Of a stretch of 64,000 nt of DNA, positions 25,969 to 37,075 are shown piece by piece (the stretch's first letter is position 1; the number at the start of each line of letters is the position of its first letter). The stretch covers positions 142,584-206,583 of the forward strand of contig JAWCMS010000001.1 of NCBI GenBank assembly GCA_038849525.1, written 5' to 3'. The notes under the pieces are model-generated. The model saw only the letters and a program-made list of their open reading frames with translations, had not been told where the DNA came from and ran no database searches. Source of the DNA: Candidatus Pacearchaeota archaeon. Lineage in GTDB: Archaea; Nanobdellota; Nanobdellia; Pacearchaeales; JAHJTO01. The position numbers and the translations under genes are program-made.

Positions 25969-28900
25969 ATGCAACAATATTTTAAAGAAATAGAGAATAA
26001 AGTAAAGGTTGCTTATTCGATAGCTGGAGAAGCAAGAGCGAAAGGCTTAGATCCAGTGTCAATAGTAGAAATACCTCTGGCTACAAGTTTGGCTGAAAGA
26101 GTTACAGGATTAATTTCAACAAAATATCCTCAAGTTAGAAATTCTGGAATAGAAAAAAGGATTAAAGAACTAGAAAAACAATATGGTTTTCTTGACTCTG
26201 CTATTTGTTTACAAATTGCAGAAGAAGTTGCTAAAGAACGTTTTTGCAAATTCCAAAATATGGAAGAAGCATTAGATGCAGGAATAAGAATTGCATTTGC
26301 TTATATAACTCTTGGCGTTGTATCATCACCATTAGAAGGATTTACTCATTTTAAAATAAAGAAAACAATAGATGGAAAAGATTATATGGCTGTTTATTAT
26401 TCTGGGCCAATAAGGTCTGCTGGTTCAACTACAGCTGCTTTTTCTCTTTTAATTATAGATCATCTAAGAGAAGTTTTTGGATTCGCAAAATATGATCCTA
26501 CTGAACAAGAAATCAAAAGAATGATTACTGAGATATATGATTATCATGAAAGAGTTGCTAATCTACAATATTTACCTACTGAACAAGAAATATATTTTAT
26601 GTTTAAGAATTTACCTATACAAGTTACAGGGGATCCATCAGAAGAAAGAGAAGTTTCAAATTACAAAGATCTGGCCAGAATTGAAACAAATAAAATTAGG
26701 AATGGACCATGTCTTGTTTTAGGGGAAGGGCTGGCACAAAAATCTTTCAAAATTTTAAAGAGATTGAATCATCTAAGAGAAAAAGGTTTTAAACTAACGG
26801 ATTGGGATTGGTTAAAAGATTTTACTGAATTACAGAAAAAATTAATTGCCGAAAAAAAAGAGAAAGCAACGGGAACTTATATACAGGATATCGTTGCTGG
26901 AAGACCTGTTTTTTCTCACCCCTCTAGATCTGGAGGATTTAGGCTTAGGTACGGAAGGGCAAGAACATCAGGATATAGTGCTATTGCTATTTCTCCTTTA
27001 ACTATGGTTCTATTGAATAATTTTATTGCTATTGGAACACAAATAAAACTAGAAAAACCAACAAAAGCTGCAGCAGTAACTTCTTGTGATACAATAGAAG
27101 GTCCTATAGTAAAATTAAAAGATGGTTCGCTTGTTAAGATTAAAGATTTAAAAGAAGCAAATGAAATAAAACCTTATGTAGAAGAAATAGTTTATTTAGG
27201 AGATATATTAATTTCTTATGGGGATTTTTTGAATAGAAATCATATTCTTCTTCCTGCAGGATATAATGAAGAGTGGTGGTATGCAGAATTATTAGAAAAA
27301 GATAAAATAGAAGCAGAAAAAATAAACCCTTTAGATATAAGTCTTGATAAAGCAATAGAATTAAGTGAAAAATATGAAATTCCTTTACATCCAAAATACA
27401 TTTTTTACTGGTCACAAATAAATTACGAATTATTTTTTGCAATGTTAAAATGGCTTGAAAAAGCAAAAATAATAAACGGAAAATTAATTCTTGATTATAC
27501 TGAAAAAGAAAAAAAAGCAAAACGCGCTCTTGAATTGCTTGGAGTAGAGCATAAAAAAGAAGGAGACAAATTTGTTGTCGATGAAATAATAACAAAAGCA
27601 TTTTTTTTGAATTTGGGTAAACGTATAGAAGAAATCAACGAACTAATAAGACAACCAGAACAAAGAGAAGGAGTTCTTGAATTTATAAATTCTTTTTCTA
27701 AATATAAAATCAAAGATAAAGCAGGGACTTTTATAGGTGCGAGGATGGGTCGACCTGAAAAAGCAAAGTTGAGAAAACTTGTTGGTTCTCCACATGTTTT
27801 GTTTCCTGTAGGCGAAGCAGGAGGAAGAATGAGGAGTGTACAAGAAGCTATGAAATCTTATGTCGAAGCTGATTTTCCTATTTATTTCTGTGATAATTGT
27901 AAACAAGAAACCATTTATTTTATTTGTGAAAAATGTAATAATAAAACAAGGAAACTATGTTACTGTCCATTATGTGAAAGAATTGTAGGTGAAAATTGCC
28001 CTCAACATGGGGGGATACAAGGAGGAAAAGTTAAAACATTTATGCAAAAAAGAATTGATCTTAGTTATTATGTAAATAGTGCTTTAAATTATTTGAATAT
28101 CCAGAAAACTGATATACCAGAATTAATAAAAGGTGTTAGGGGAACAAGTTCTGAGGAACATATACCAGAACATATAGCAAAAGGAATTCTAAGAGCTCAG
28201 TTCTCACTTAATGTAAATAAAGATGGAACAATAAGATATGACGCAAGTGAAGTTCCGATTACACATTTTAAACCAAAAGAAATAGATACTGAAATAAAAA
28301 AATTAAAAGAGCTAGGATATACAAAAGATATTTTTGGAAAAGAACTAGTTGATAAAGAACAAATTTTATGTTTGAAGCCACAAGATATTATTCTCCCTTC
28401 ATGTCCTGAAACTCTTGATGAAAAAGCAGATGATGTTTTTGTAAATATTGCAAAATTTATTGATAATTTGCTTGTGAGATTTTACAAACAAAAACCATTT
28501 TATAATGTTAAATCAAGAGATGATTTAGTAGGACATTTAGTTGTTGGAATTGCTCCACATAACTGTGCGGGGGTAGTTGGAAGAATAATAGGGTTTAGTA
28601 AGACGCAAACTTTTTTGGCAAGCCCATATATGCATGCTGCAATGCGTAGAGATTGCGATGGCGATGAAGCTGCGATAATGTTACTTTTAGATTTACTGCT
28701 TAATTTTTCAAAAAAATTTTTACCTGCACATAGAGGAGGGACACAAGATGCACCTTTAGTTTTAAATGCAAGAATAAGAGCTTCTGAAGTTGATGATATG
28801 ATTCTTGATATGGATATTACAAAAAATTTACCATTAGAACTTTACAAAGCAGCTGAAGAGTTTAAATCTCCAAGTAGTATTAAGATTGAAAACATTGGTA

Positions 28901-29412
28901 CTAGGCTTGGAGAAGAGGAAAAAGATGCAAATGTTTTCGAGGATTTATGGTTTACTCATGATACTTTAGATATCAATAATGGAACTATTTGTTCTTCTTA
29001 TAAAACACTTGAAACAATGCAAGACAAAGTAAAAGCGCAGATGGAACTTGCAGAAAAAATTCGGGCTGTAGATACAACAGATGTTGCAAGGCTTGTTATC
29101 GAAAGACATTTTATTCGTGATATTAGGGGAAATTTGAGAAAATTTTCAGGACAGCAATTTCGCTGTGTTGATTGTAATACGAAATACAGAAGGCCACCTT
29201 TGACTGGCAAATGTTTAAATTGTAATGGAAGAATAATATTCACAATTGCTGAAGGTTCTATTGTTAAGTATCTTGAGCCTGCTCTTCAACTAGCTGAAAA
29301 ATATAATATCTCACCTTATCTTAAACAAAGTTTAGAATTAACAAAGTCTTACATCGAGAGTATTTTCGGTAAAGAATTAGAAAAACAGCAAGACTTAGAA
29401 AGGTGGTTTTAA
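25969..29412 (+). CDS. polC: DNA polymerase II (PolD) large catalytic subunit DP2
   Basis: 1147 aa. Zn fingers CDNCKQET...CEKCNNKT...CPLCE and C-terminal CVDCNTKY...CLNCNG. No intein-sized insertion. Confidence 0.85.
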   Translation: MQQYFKEIENKVKVAYSIAGEARAKGLDPVSIVEIPLATSLAERVTGLISTKYPQVRNSGIEKRIKELEKQYGFLDSAICLQIAEEVAKERFCKFQNMEEALDAGIRIAFAYITLGVVSSPLEGFTHFKIKKTIDGKDYMAVYYSGPIRSAGSTTAAFSLLIIDHLREVFGFAKYDPTEQEIKRMITEIYDYHERVANLQYLPTEQEIYFMFKNLPIQVTGDPSEEREVSNYKDLARIETNKIRNGPCLVLGEGLAQKSFKILKRLNHLREKGFKLTDWDWLKDFTELQKKLIAEKKEKATGTYIQDIVAGRPVFSHPSRSGGFRLRYGRARTSGYSAIAISPLTMVLLNNFIAIGTQIKLEKPTKAAAVTSCDTIEGPIVKLKDGSLVKIKDLKEANEIKPYVEEIVYLGDILISYGDFLNRNHILLPAGYNEEWWYAELLEKDKIEAEKINPLDISLDKAIELSEKYEIPLHPKYIFYWSQINYELFFAMLKWLEKAKIINGKLILDYTEKEKKAKRALELLGVEHKKEGDKFVVDEIITKAFFLNLGKRIEEINELIRQPEQREGVLEFINSFSKYKIKDKAGTFIGARMGRPEKAKLRKLVGSPHVLFPVGEAGGRMRSVQEAMKSYVEADFPIYFCDNCKQETIYFICEKCNNKTRKLCYCPLCERIVGENCPQHGGIQGGKVKTFMQKRIDLSYYVNSALNYLNIQKTDIPELIKGVRGTSSEEHIPEHIAKGILRAQFSLNVNKDGTIRYDASEVPITHFKPKEIDTEIKKLKELGYTKDIFGKELVDKEQILCLKPQDIILPSCPETLDEKADDVFVNIAKFIDNLLVRFYKQKPFYNVKSRDDLVGHLVVGIAPHNCAGVVGRIIGFSKTQTFLASPYMHAAMRRDCDGDEAAIMLLLDLLLNFSKKFLPAHRGGTQDAPLVLNARIRASEVDDMILDMDITKNLPLELYKAAEEFKSPSSIKIENIGTRLGEEEKDANVFEDLWFTHDTLDINNGTICSSYKTLETMQDKVKAQMELAEKIRAVDTTDVARLVIERHFIRDIRGNLRKFSGQQFRCVDCNTKYRRPPLTGKCLNCNGRIIFTIAEGSIVKYLEPALQLAEKYNISPYLKQSLELTKSYIESIFGKELEKQQDLERWF

Positions 29413-29418
29413 TTAAAA

Positions 29419-30618
29419 TTACAATAAAAAATACAAGATAACAGGAACAATTAAACAACCCATAAGATGCATTCTTTTAACACCTGAATTAATCGCAATA
29501 ATGCCAAGAGCAGTTGATATTATCAAGACAAAGAGTGAAAACCATCCTGAAATCAAGACGGACATTATAATTAAAATAATTAAAATTACAAAATTCATTT
29601 TTGTGTAATCTATTTTTGAGACATATTTTATGAATATTTTTACAAAGAAAATTGAAAGAAAAACTGCAATTGAACCTGAAATTAGCATTATAATAAGAAG
29701 AAGTGAGAGATGGGTTAGTGTTATCTCTTCAAGAAATTTTTGTATTATTATCCCTGTTCCACTTCTTGCTTTACCTATTATATACAAAGCAGCAAAATTA
29801 AGCCCTAAAACAAGCGTAGAAATAGAGCCAAGTAAAAACAAGAAGGCCCTTTCATCTTCTGTTTTTTTCATTTGTGAGCCAAGAACTGCTGCTTGCGATG
29901 AACCTAATCCTGGAAGGAATGCACATAAAGAAGATGAAATAACTGATGATGGTAAAATCTTAAAAACCTCTTTTTTATCAAATTTTTCAAATATTATCTT
30001 TTGCTCTGGCAATTTTGTCTTTTGGTTTATACTTGTTAAAATTGTTGAAATCCCAAATAATCCTGTAAGCAATGGAAATAAAGGTTCTTTTATTAAATAA
30101 AAATTCAAAGTAAGAATTCCAAGAATTCCTGCAAATAAAAAAATGGTTAAAGCAAGAAAAGGATTTTTTTCTTTTATTATTAAAAATATAGAAGCAGCAA
30201 TAAGAACAAAGGGAATAAGAAAATTTAATGTTTCATAAATATTTGGAAGAAAGATTATAAATAAAGGAACTAACAAAAAAAGAAGAATTATTCCGATATA
30301 ACAACCGAAGGTTGTGAGCATTATAGCTTCATAACCCTTTCCTTTAAGTAAAAGTTTATGTCCTGGAAGAATAGACAAAGCAGTAGATTCTTCTGGACAA
30401 CCTAAAAATATCGAAGGGATAAAATCAATGAATGTATGCACTATTGCCATTGAAACAATAAAGCATGCAACAACAATTGGTGATGTAATTGAAAGCAATA
30501 ATTCAGAATTTACAAAAAGCAATAATGCAACGAGATTTATATGAATTCCCGGAGCGATGCCTGTAAAAGTGCCTGCAAGAATACCAAGTAAAAGAGCAAG
30601 CAAAATCTCTATTATCAT
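29419..30618 (-). CDS. TctA/DUF112-family polytopic membrane transporter-like protein
   Basis: 399 aa, 10 or more TM helices. N-terminus ILLALLLGILAGTFTGIAPGIH is typical of DUF112. Confidence 0.5.
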   Translation of the reverse strand: MIIEILLALLLGILAGTFTGIAPGIHINLVALLLFVNSELLLSITSPIVVACFIVSMAIVHTFIDFIPSIFLGCPEESTALSILPGHKLLLKGKGYEAIMLTTFGCYIGIILLFLLVPLFIIFLPNIYETLNFLIPFVLIAASIFLIIKEKNPFLALTIFLFAGILGILTLNFYLIKEPLFPLLTGLFGISTILTSINQKTKLPEQKIIFEKFDKKEVFKILPSSVISSSLCAFLPGLGSSQAAVLGSQMKKTEDERAFLFLLGSISTLVLGLNFAALYIIGKARSGTGIIIQKFLEEITLTHLSLLLIIMLISGSIAVFLSIFFVKIFIKYVSKIDYTKMNFVILIILIIMSVLISGWFSLFVLIISTALGIIAINSGVKRMHLMGCLIVPVILYFLL

Positions 30619-30625
30619 TCCTTAT

Positions 30626-31990
30626 TTATACCTTTGTTTTATTGATACTTTGGTTCATTAAATTTTTTAAGAGTTTGTAAAATCCATAAAATATGATAAC
30701 AGATATCCCTAATAATTTTATTTTATAGACTATATCTTTTCTGATTAAAAAATTTATACAATTAATGAGAGAATTTTGATTATTGCCTATAATTGTAAAT
30801 GCATTAACTGTTCCAATTAAAGAAATAATCATTGATAAAACAGCGAGTAAAATAAATAATCCTTTTTTAATCTTTGATTTTTCTATATCTTTTGATATTC
30901 TGCCTAAAGGTAAAAGGCAAAGAAGTATTATTGTTGCAAACCATCGCACTCCAAAAGAATTACCACTATAATTTGTAGTACGAATTATATAAAAAATTAT
31001 AAACATAAGTGAAGATAAAAGGATATACAAATAATATTTTGTATAATAATCTTTTCTTTTAAAATTAATAGCTAAGGCATAGACAGAAAAAAGTAGTATT
31101 GGTGTATAAGAAAAAAACCCTCTATTTCCAAAAATCATATGAAATGCATAAATTAATAAATCTTTAACATTATTATGCATCGCAAGCCCACACATGGTAT
31201 TTTTGTTCATATAACTCCCAACATAATTATGGAGTTCTTCATTTATTGAAGGAGGGATTATACTCCCTGAAGTATAATAGTTGATAAGAAAGAAAATAAT
31301 TGTTAAAGGTATGGCTGCAAGAATGAATGTTATTTTCGATTTAATGTTTTCTTTTCTAAAAACAATAAAAAAAGCAAATGGAATAAATAAGAATGTTACG
31401 GTATCTATGCTTCCTGCAAGAGACATTAAAAAACCAGCAATTATAACGTGTTTTAAATTTTTTAATTTAAGAAGAAAATAAAAACTAATCATTAATAATG
31501 CGCCACTTATTACATGGTTATTATAAACTGTAGAGTAGGGTAATATCAAAGTTCCGGTACCAGCAATAAATGTAAGTATCTTAGACCATTTTTCATCTAC
31601 TTTCATAAGTCTTAATGATTTATAAAAATAAACAAGTCCCAATGCAGATATTACTCCCACTGTAAGTAAAGTTAGCAAATAATACGTCATTGCATAATGC
31701 TTTGAAAAAGTGATACCAAATAATTTTAAACCAAAATAAAGAATTGAAGAGTAAATTGAAAGAAGAGGGGGTTTGTCAGAATAAAAATGACCATTATAAA
31801 AATATTTATCACCAGTACCATTAAATATTGAATTGTCTATTGCAAGAGTATTTCTTTCTACTATCGATTCAATAGTAGCCATTCTTGCTTCATCATTCCA
31901 GCTGGTTACTTTTGTTTCTGTCAATAAAGAGAAAAGAGCTAAAAATAAAATAAAAATTATTAAAACATGTTTTTTTTCTTTTATAGCCAT
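30626..31990 (-). CDS. GT-C fold glycosyltransferase (ArnT/PMT-like, family 39-like) membrane protein
   Basis: 454 aa, polytopic. N-terminal loop WNDEARMATIESIV...GHFYSDKPPLLS resembles the DE..A...KPPL catalytic loop of PMT/ArnT enzymes. Confidence 0.5.
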   Translation of the reverse strand: MAIKEKKHVLIIFILFLALFSLLTETKVTSWNDEARMATIESIVERNTLAIDNSIFNGTGDKYFYNGHFYSDKPPLLSIYSSILYFGLKLFGITFSKHYAMTYYLLTLLTVGVISALGLVYFYKSLRLMKVDEKWSKILTFIAGTGTLILPYSTVYNNHVISGALLMISFYFLLKLKNLKHVIIAGFLMSLAGSIDTVTFLFIPFAFFIVFRKENIKSKITFILAAIPLTIIFFLINYYTSGSIIPPSINEELHNYVGSYMNKNTMCGLAMHNNVKDLLIYAFHMIFGNRGFFSYTPILLFSVYALAINFKRKDYYTKYYLYILLSSLMFIIFYIIRTTNYSGNSFGVRWFATIILLCLLPLGRISKDIEKSKIKKGLFILLAVLSMIISLIGTVNAFTIIGNNQNSLINCINFLIRKDIVYKIKLLGISVIIFYGFYKLLKNLMNQSINKTKV

Positions 31991-32048
31991 ATTCTTAGAG
32001 CTGTATCGAAAGATTTAAATACTACTTATAAAGTGTTATCATTATAAA

Positions 32049-32960
32049 ATGACGACTAATCTTATTAAAAGAACATTTAAAGAAGCATATAAACCATTTA
32101 TTCTCATAACAGGCCTAACTTTCTTGACAAATTTTGCTAATGCAAAAGAAATTAACAAAAGTAGCGATACTATTGTTAGCAAGAGTAACGAAGATGATTT
32201 TAATCCGTATGTCTCTCCAACTGGAAAATACACAATTGATTTTTATTTTGACTTCGAAGGTTTTTCTTCCCAAAGTAATGATTCAAAAGGTAATTTTTTA
32301 GGATTAAATCCTAAAGCAGAATTTTTTGGTAGAATGAATCTACCAAAAGGGCACAATTTATATGCATCCGCAAACATAGCCATCCAAAATAATGGGGGTA
32401 GTATAACTCATGAAAAAACAGAAATAGCAAAACTTGATATTCTAAACAAAGAAATTTCAGCAATTTTAGGATATTTTTCAAGATATGGTATTTATGGAGG
32501 ATTAGGGTACCATATTAAATCAAGAGATGTAGATGTAGGAGGGTGGTTTGGAGATGTAGATCATAATGAACAGATAACTGGTTCTGTCTTAAACTTAGGC
32601 TATAAAAGCAAGAAAGGCGAATTAGCTTTTGATTGTCGTTATAAACATGAAAAAGGGAATATTGAAGATAAACTAAATGATCAAATCAATAAAGAAGATA
32701 TTTCAGGTAGTAATGAAATTTATGGAAAATTTAATTTTGTTGTTGATGAATGCGACTTATTTTTTGAATTAAGTAAAGAAAGTTACAATAATGGAACAAT
32801 AAATACTTCTATAAAAGGAGGTATTTATAAAGAGATTAGTAAAAATTTGAATCTCGGTTTTACTACAGGGCATACAACAACTAAAAAAGACAATTACAAG
32901 GATAATCACATTCATGCTGGGCTTAATGTAAAATATAAAACACAGAAAATAATAAAATGA
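32049..32960 (+). CDS. secreted hypothetical protein (signal peptide)
   Basis: N-terminal hydrophobic segment ILITGLTFLTNFANA. Gly/Tyr-rich beta-rich composition. Confidence 0.45.
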   Translation: MTTNLIKRTFKEAYKPFILITGLTFLTNFANAKEINKSSDTIVSKSNEDDFNPYVSPTGKYTIDFYFDFEGFSSQSNDSKGNFLGLNPKAEFFGRMNLPKGHNLYASANIAIQNNGGSITHEKTEIAKLDILNKEISAILGYFSRYGIYGGLGYHIKSRDVDVGGWFGDVDHNEQITGSVLNLGYKSKKGELAFDCRYKHEKGNIEDKLNDQINKEDISGSNEIYGKFNFVVDECDLFFELSKESYNNGTINTSIKGGIYKEISKNLNLGFTTGHTTTKKDNYKDNHIHAGLNVKYKTQKIIK

Positions 32961-34807
32961 AAAAGTTGATTTTATTTTTGTTTAGTATTACGATCTTAAT
33001 AACTTTGGTTTTAGCAGCTTCAATAACAATAAGTCCCGAGATCGCATATAATAATGATAATTTGATATGTAGTGTAAGTGAACATCCGAATGCTTATATT
33101 TACAAATGGTATGAAATAAACAACTATATAAAAACAGGTTCTGTTTTAGAAAATGAATATACAGCAGTAGGTTCTACTTATGTCTGCAAGGTATTTTTGC
33201 CTCCAACTCCTTGGACAAATGAAATTTATGTTGGAGAGGAAAGCAGATTTATTTCTGCAACAACACAAATACTAAATAATCCTCCAAGTATTCCAAATCT
33301 CAATCTTACTTTAGGACCTTATTATGCCGATTCTATTATTACAGCAAACGCTTTCGGAAGTTTAGACTCTGATGGCCCTCAAAATGTAACTTATGAATAT
33401 AGGTTTGAAGTTAATGGTTTAATTGTAAGCGATAGCAATACTCTTAATTGCTTAGGGGTTTGTACAAAAGGAGATAATGTAACGGTTTATGCAAGAGCTT
33501 ATGATGGCTTAAATTATTCTGATTGGGTTTTTAGGGAAATAACAATCAATAATTCTATTCCAATAATAACTAATGTTTCTTATTCACCGATAGATGTTTA
33601 TGATAATGATACGTTAATTGTTAGTGTAAATGCTACTGACATTGATAATGATCTTTTAAAATATTTCATTGCTTTTGTAGATACAAATAAAGAAATGCTC
33701 TTAAAGCAAAATTATAGTAATTCAAATACCTTAAACTATACATTTAATTCAAGTTTTATTAATGATACAATAGCAATATTTGCAGTAGTAACCGATGATA
33801 TAAATGGCAATATTTACATAAATTCTAGTGGATTTATTGTTTATGAAAATATTTCTTATTTTGATTATGAGTTATTTTTCATTACTATAAAAAATTCTAG
33901 CTTACAAAATCAAACTAAAACTTTTAATTTTTGTAGTATAAATTCCGTTCATTCACCCATTATACTTAAAGATATAATAAATGATAATAAAATAAATGGA
34001 AAAAAATTCAAACCGTTAGATGAAATTGAAATTAAAGTTAAAGTTGAAAATACTGATGATAATGATGAAAAGGATGTTGTTGTTGAAGCTGTTTTAGTTA
34101 AAAATAATATTGAAGTTTCTGATACGAGTGTAGATACAACAATTTCGTTAGAAGATGGTGATACTGAAACAGTTGTTCTCAAAATGACTCTTCCTTTAGA
34201 TATAGATAATGGAAATTATTTACTTTATGTTAGGGCTTATGATGAAGATAATCAGAATAACTGCCAGCAAGCTTCGCTTAACATAACTGTTGCAAGAATT
34301 TCTCATGAAGTTATTATTAGTTCTATAATAATACCTTCATTTGTATACAATGGCAGTTTAATGACTTTGCAAGGAGAAATAGCAAATATTGGAAATGAAG
34401 AAGAAGAAAAAGTAAAGATAGTTTATAGTGATGATATGAGCAATAATTTATATGAAGAGAAAAGAAATTTAGATTCAAAAGAAGCCAGTATGTTTAGTTT
34501 TAATGTAAATATTCCTGGGGATGTATCAATTGGGAATCATAAGATCTTACTTAAGGTATATTATGATTATGATGATGGGGTTTATGGTAAAAGCAATGAA
34601 TTAGAATATAATTTGAATGTCATTGAAAAACCTTCTAAAACAATCAGTAGTCAAAGTATTTCAGTTCAACCACAGACTGTAACAGCTGAGAAAATATCCT
34701 TTTCTGATTTTTTAAATGAAAATTGGAAATCTCTTTTGTTAGGATTAGAAATTATAGTTATTACAGTAATTTTAATAAAAATTCTTTTATTAATTAAAGT
34801 AATTTAA
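32957..34807 (+). CDS. large cell-surface protein with signal peptide, many N-glycosylation sequons and a C-terminal TM anchor
   Basis: 616 aa. C-terminus LLLGLEIIVITVILIKILLLIKVI. Numerous N-x-S/T sites. Confidence 0.5.
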   Translation: MKKLILFLFSITILITLVLAASITISPEIAYNNDNLICSVSEHPNAYIYKWYEINNYIKTGSVLENEYTAVGSTYVCKVFLPPTPWTNEIYVGEESRFISATTQILNNPPSIPNLNLTLGPYYADSIITANAFGSLDSDGPQNVTYEYRFEVNGLIVSDSNTLNCLGVCTKGDNVTVYARAYDGLNYSDWVFREITINNSIPIITNVSYSPIDVYDNDTLIVSVNATDIDNDLLKYFIAFVDTNKEMLLKQNYSNSNTLNYTFNSSFINDTIAIFAVVTDDINGNIYINSSGFIVYENISYFDYELFFITIKNSSLQNQTKTFNFCSINSVHSPIILKDIINDNKINGKKFKPLDEIEIKVKVENTDDNDEKDVVVEAVLVKNNIEVSDTSVDTTISLEDGDTETVVLKMTLPLDIDNGNYLLYVRAYDEDNQNNCQQASLNITVARISHEVIISSIIIPSFVYNGSLMTLQGEIANIGNEEEEKVKIVYSDDMSNNLYEEKRNLDSKEASMFSFNVNIPGDVSIGNHKILLKVYYDYDDGVYGKSNELEYNLNVIEKPSKTISSQSISVQPQTVTAEKISFSDFLNENWKSLLLGLEIIVITVILIKILLLIKVI

Positions 34808-35123
34808 TAATCTTTTCAGCTTCTATTTCTAGTATTCCACGATATTCTTTTACTTTTCCAATTACTTCTATTTTTCCTTTTGTTATATTTGTTTTTGATG
34901 TAATTATATTTATTGTTTCTGTGCTATCGTTAATTGTCATAATTGTCAAAGTATCATAATTTTTTATTTTTATTATATCTCCTTGTATTTTGACATAATT
35001 GTCTAACATTTTTTTATTTATTTCTGAAATCTTTATTAGTTTTGGTTCTAAATTTTGTGAAAGAAAAAATAAAATGATTAATCCTATCAAAAATGTTAGT
35101 AAAGCATATTTTGTCAAATCCAT
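34794..35123 (-). CDS. membrane-anchored OB-fold-like protein
   Basis: 109 aa with an N-terminal TM helix followed by a beta-rich domain. Confidence 0.35.
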   Translation of the reverse strand: MDLTKYALLTFLIGLIILFFLSQNLEPKLIKISEINKKMLDNYVKIQGDIIKIKNYDTLTIMTINDSTETINIITSKTNITKGKIEVIGKVKEYRGILEIEAEKIIKLL

Positions 35124-35175
35124 TTATTATAAAGCATAAAGAAAGGTTTAAATTTTATGTTTTTATTATTTTTAA

Positions 35176-36276
35176 ATGGATATTGAAACAAGAATAAATT
35201 TAATAAAAAGAAATACAGAAGAAATATTAACAGAGGAAGAGTTGAGAAAAAAATTAGAAAATGGAAAAAAATTAAAACATTATATCGGTTTTGAAATATC
35301 TGGTTTTATTCATCTTGGGACAGGCATTGCCAGTGGAATAAAAATTGCCGATTTTCAGAAAGCAAAAGTTGATTGTAGTTATTTTCTTGCAGATTGGCAT
35401 TCTTGGATAAATGAAAAGCTTGGTGGAGATATGGAAACAATAAAAAAAGTAGCCTTAAATTATTTTAAGGAGGGTTTGAAGGCATCTTTAAAATGTTGTA
35501 AAGGCGATGCGGAAGATATAAAATTTATTCTCGGCTCTGATTTGTATCATAACAATGATGATTATTGGAAGACAGTGATTGATATTTCAAAACATTTGAC
35601 TCTTAATAGAGTAGAAAGAAGTATCACTATCATGGGTAGACAGCTTGGTGGAAGCATGCCTTTTGCATGGCTTATTTACCCTCCAATGCAAGCAGCTGAT
35701 ATATTTGCCTTAAATATAAACTTGTGTCATGCGGGCACGGACCAAAGAAGTGCACATGTTATTGCTATAGATGTAGCCCATAAAATAAAAAAAGAAAAAC
35801 CTGTAGCTATTCATCAGCATCTTCTTTTAGGTGCACAAAAACCATATACATGGCCTATTCCAGAAGGAAAGATAAAAGAAATTCTTTCTGAAATGAAAAT
35901 GTCAAAATCGATTCCAAAAACAGCCATATTTATTCATGATTCTGAAGAAGAAATTAGAGAAAAAGTTAAAGAAGCTTTTTGTTTGCCAAAAGACATTAGT
36001 TTTAATCCAATTCTTGATTGGGTAAAGTGGCTTATCTTTCCATTAAAAAATTCTTTTGAAGTAAAAAGAAAAGAAAAATTTGGAGGAAGTATTAATTTTG
36101 AGAGTTATGAAAAATTGGAAAAAGCATATAGCGAAGGAGAATTACATCCTCTTGATTTAAAAAATGCTGTGGCAGAAGTACTGATTGAAATTCTTGAACC
36201 AGCAAGAAAACATTTTATGCAACCAAAAATCAAAAAATTCAAAGAAGAGTTAGAAAAATTACGAATAACAAGATAA
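35176..36276 (+). CDS. tyrS: Tyrosyl-tRNA synthetase (archaeal type)
   Basis: HIGH-region GFEISGFIHLGT and KMSKS motifs. C-terminus ELHPLDLKNAVAEVLIEILEPARKHF is nearly identical in pattern to the M. jannaschii TyrRS C-terminus. Confidence 0.85.
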   Translation: MDIETRINLIKRNTEEILTEEELRKKLENGKKLKHYIGFEISGFIHLGTGIASGIKIADFQKAKVDCSYFLADWHSWINEKLGGDMETIKKVALNYFKEGLKASLKCCKGDAEDIKFILGSDLYHNNDDYWKTVIDISKHLTLNRVERSITIMGRQLGGSMPFAWLIYPPMQAADIFALNINLCHAGTDQRSAHVIAIDVAHKIKKEKPVAIHQHLLLGAQKPYTWPIPEGKIKEILSEMKMSKSIPKTAIFIHDSEEEIREKVKEAFCLPKDISFNPILDWVKWLIFPLKNSFEVKRKEKFGGSINFESYEKLEKAYSEGELHPLDLKNAVAEVLIEILEPARKHFMQPKIKKFKEELEKLRITR

Positions 36277-36328
36277 AATATTTATAAAAAATTCAAAAAT
36301 AAAAATGTTTTTTTGTGTTAGTTTAAGT

Positions 36329-36496
36329 CTATTTCTTTTTATAAGAATAATTTCTTATAAGCTTACCTATACCAATCACAAGAACGCCTATAGGTATAAG
36401 CCACTTGTCTAGCAATTCTCCAAGACTTACTCCAGCAGCTGCAAGAATAAGCAAAATACCTATAATCGTTACAACCCAAGCAGTGAGTTTAGCCAT
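36329..36496 (-). CDS. possible small membrane protein (55 aa, below the ORF-track cutoff)
   Basis: MAKLTAWVVTIIGILLILAAAGVSLGELLDKWLIPIGVLVIGIGKLIRNYSYKKK. Two hydrophobic helices. Preceded by ggaggt. Confidence 0.3.
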   Translation of the reverse strand: MAKLTAWVVTIIGILLILAAAGVSLGELLDKWLIPIGVLVIGIGKLIRNYSYKKK

Positions 36497-36592
36497 TTCA
36501 ACCTCCTTTTGAATAATTATTATTTCTATAAAGAAATTTGAGTTTATAAGATTTTAGTAAAAATTTAATACGAACTTTTATTTAACATAAAA

Positions 36593-37048
36593 TTAAATTT
36601 TAATTCCAAATTGCTCTCTTGGATCTTCTGTTGTTTTTTGGGAGTTCATCTCTTTTCTCCATTTATTAATTAATTCAAAAGCTGTAAAATCTGGAAGCTT
36701 TAGCATATCCCTCATATAAGCAAGTATTCTATGTTCTGGCTCTTCTCCACATTTAAACTTTTTTTCAAGTTCTTCATAGCTAAGAAGGGTTATAGGAACT
36801 TCGGTAGCTTTTTGCCGTTCTGTTTTTGTTCCACATTCAGGACAAAATTTTTCATTTCCTTCAAGTTTTATATTACACTTATTACATCTCAATTCTTCTT
36901 TTTTTCTTTCAATTATTGTTTTATATCCAAACTTACCTCCAGAAACAAGTTTCGAAAAAGCGTCTGCTACTTTTTCATCATTTTCATATTTTCTTAAATC
37001 CCTGCAACCTCCAGCTGTTATTCCCATCTTTATAAATAGTATCAACAA
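36593..37048 (-). CDS. zinc-ribbon protein, function unknown
   Basis: C-x2-C...C-x2-C (CNKCNIKLEGNEKFCPECGTK) ribbon. Confidence 0.4.
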   Translation of the reverse strand: MLILFIKMGITAGGCRDLRKYENDEKVADAFSKLVSGGKFGYKTIIERKKEELRCNKCNIKLEGNEKFCPECGTKTERQKATEVPITLLSYEELEKKFKCGEEPEHRILAYMRDMLKLPDFTAFELINKWRKEMNSQKTTEDPREQFGIKI

Positions 37049-37075
37049 AAATTTAATTTATAAATTTTTATGCTT

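Noticed and set aside
27140-27906. Several antisense ORFs (153, 72 and 87 aa) inside the PolD large-subunit gene
   Set aside because: Leu/Phe-rich low-complexity translations typical of the antisense of AT-rich coding DNA. The sense strand encodes conserved DP2.
25969-29412. Intein in PolD DP2
   Set aside because: At 1147 aa the protein is about normal length, and no intein splice motifs are evident.
29630-30100. 156-aa plus-strand ORF
   Set aside because: Antisense to the TctA-like membrane protein gene.
36731-37035. Two plus-strand ORFs (88 and 69 aa)
   Set aside because: Antisense to the zinc-ribbon gene. Phe-rich low complexity.
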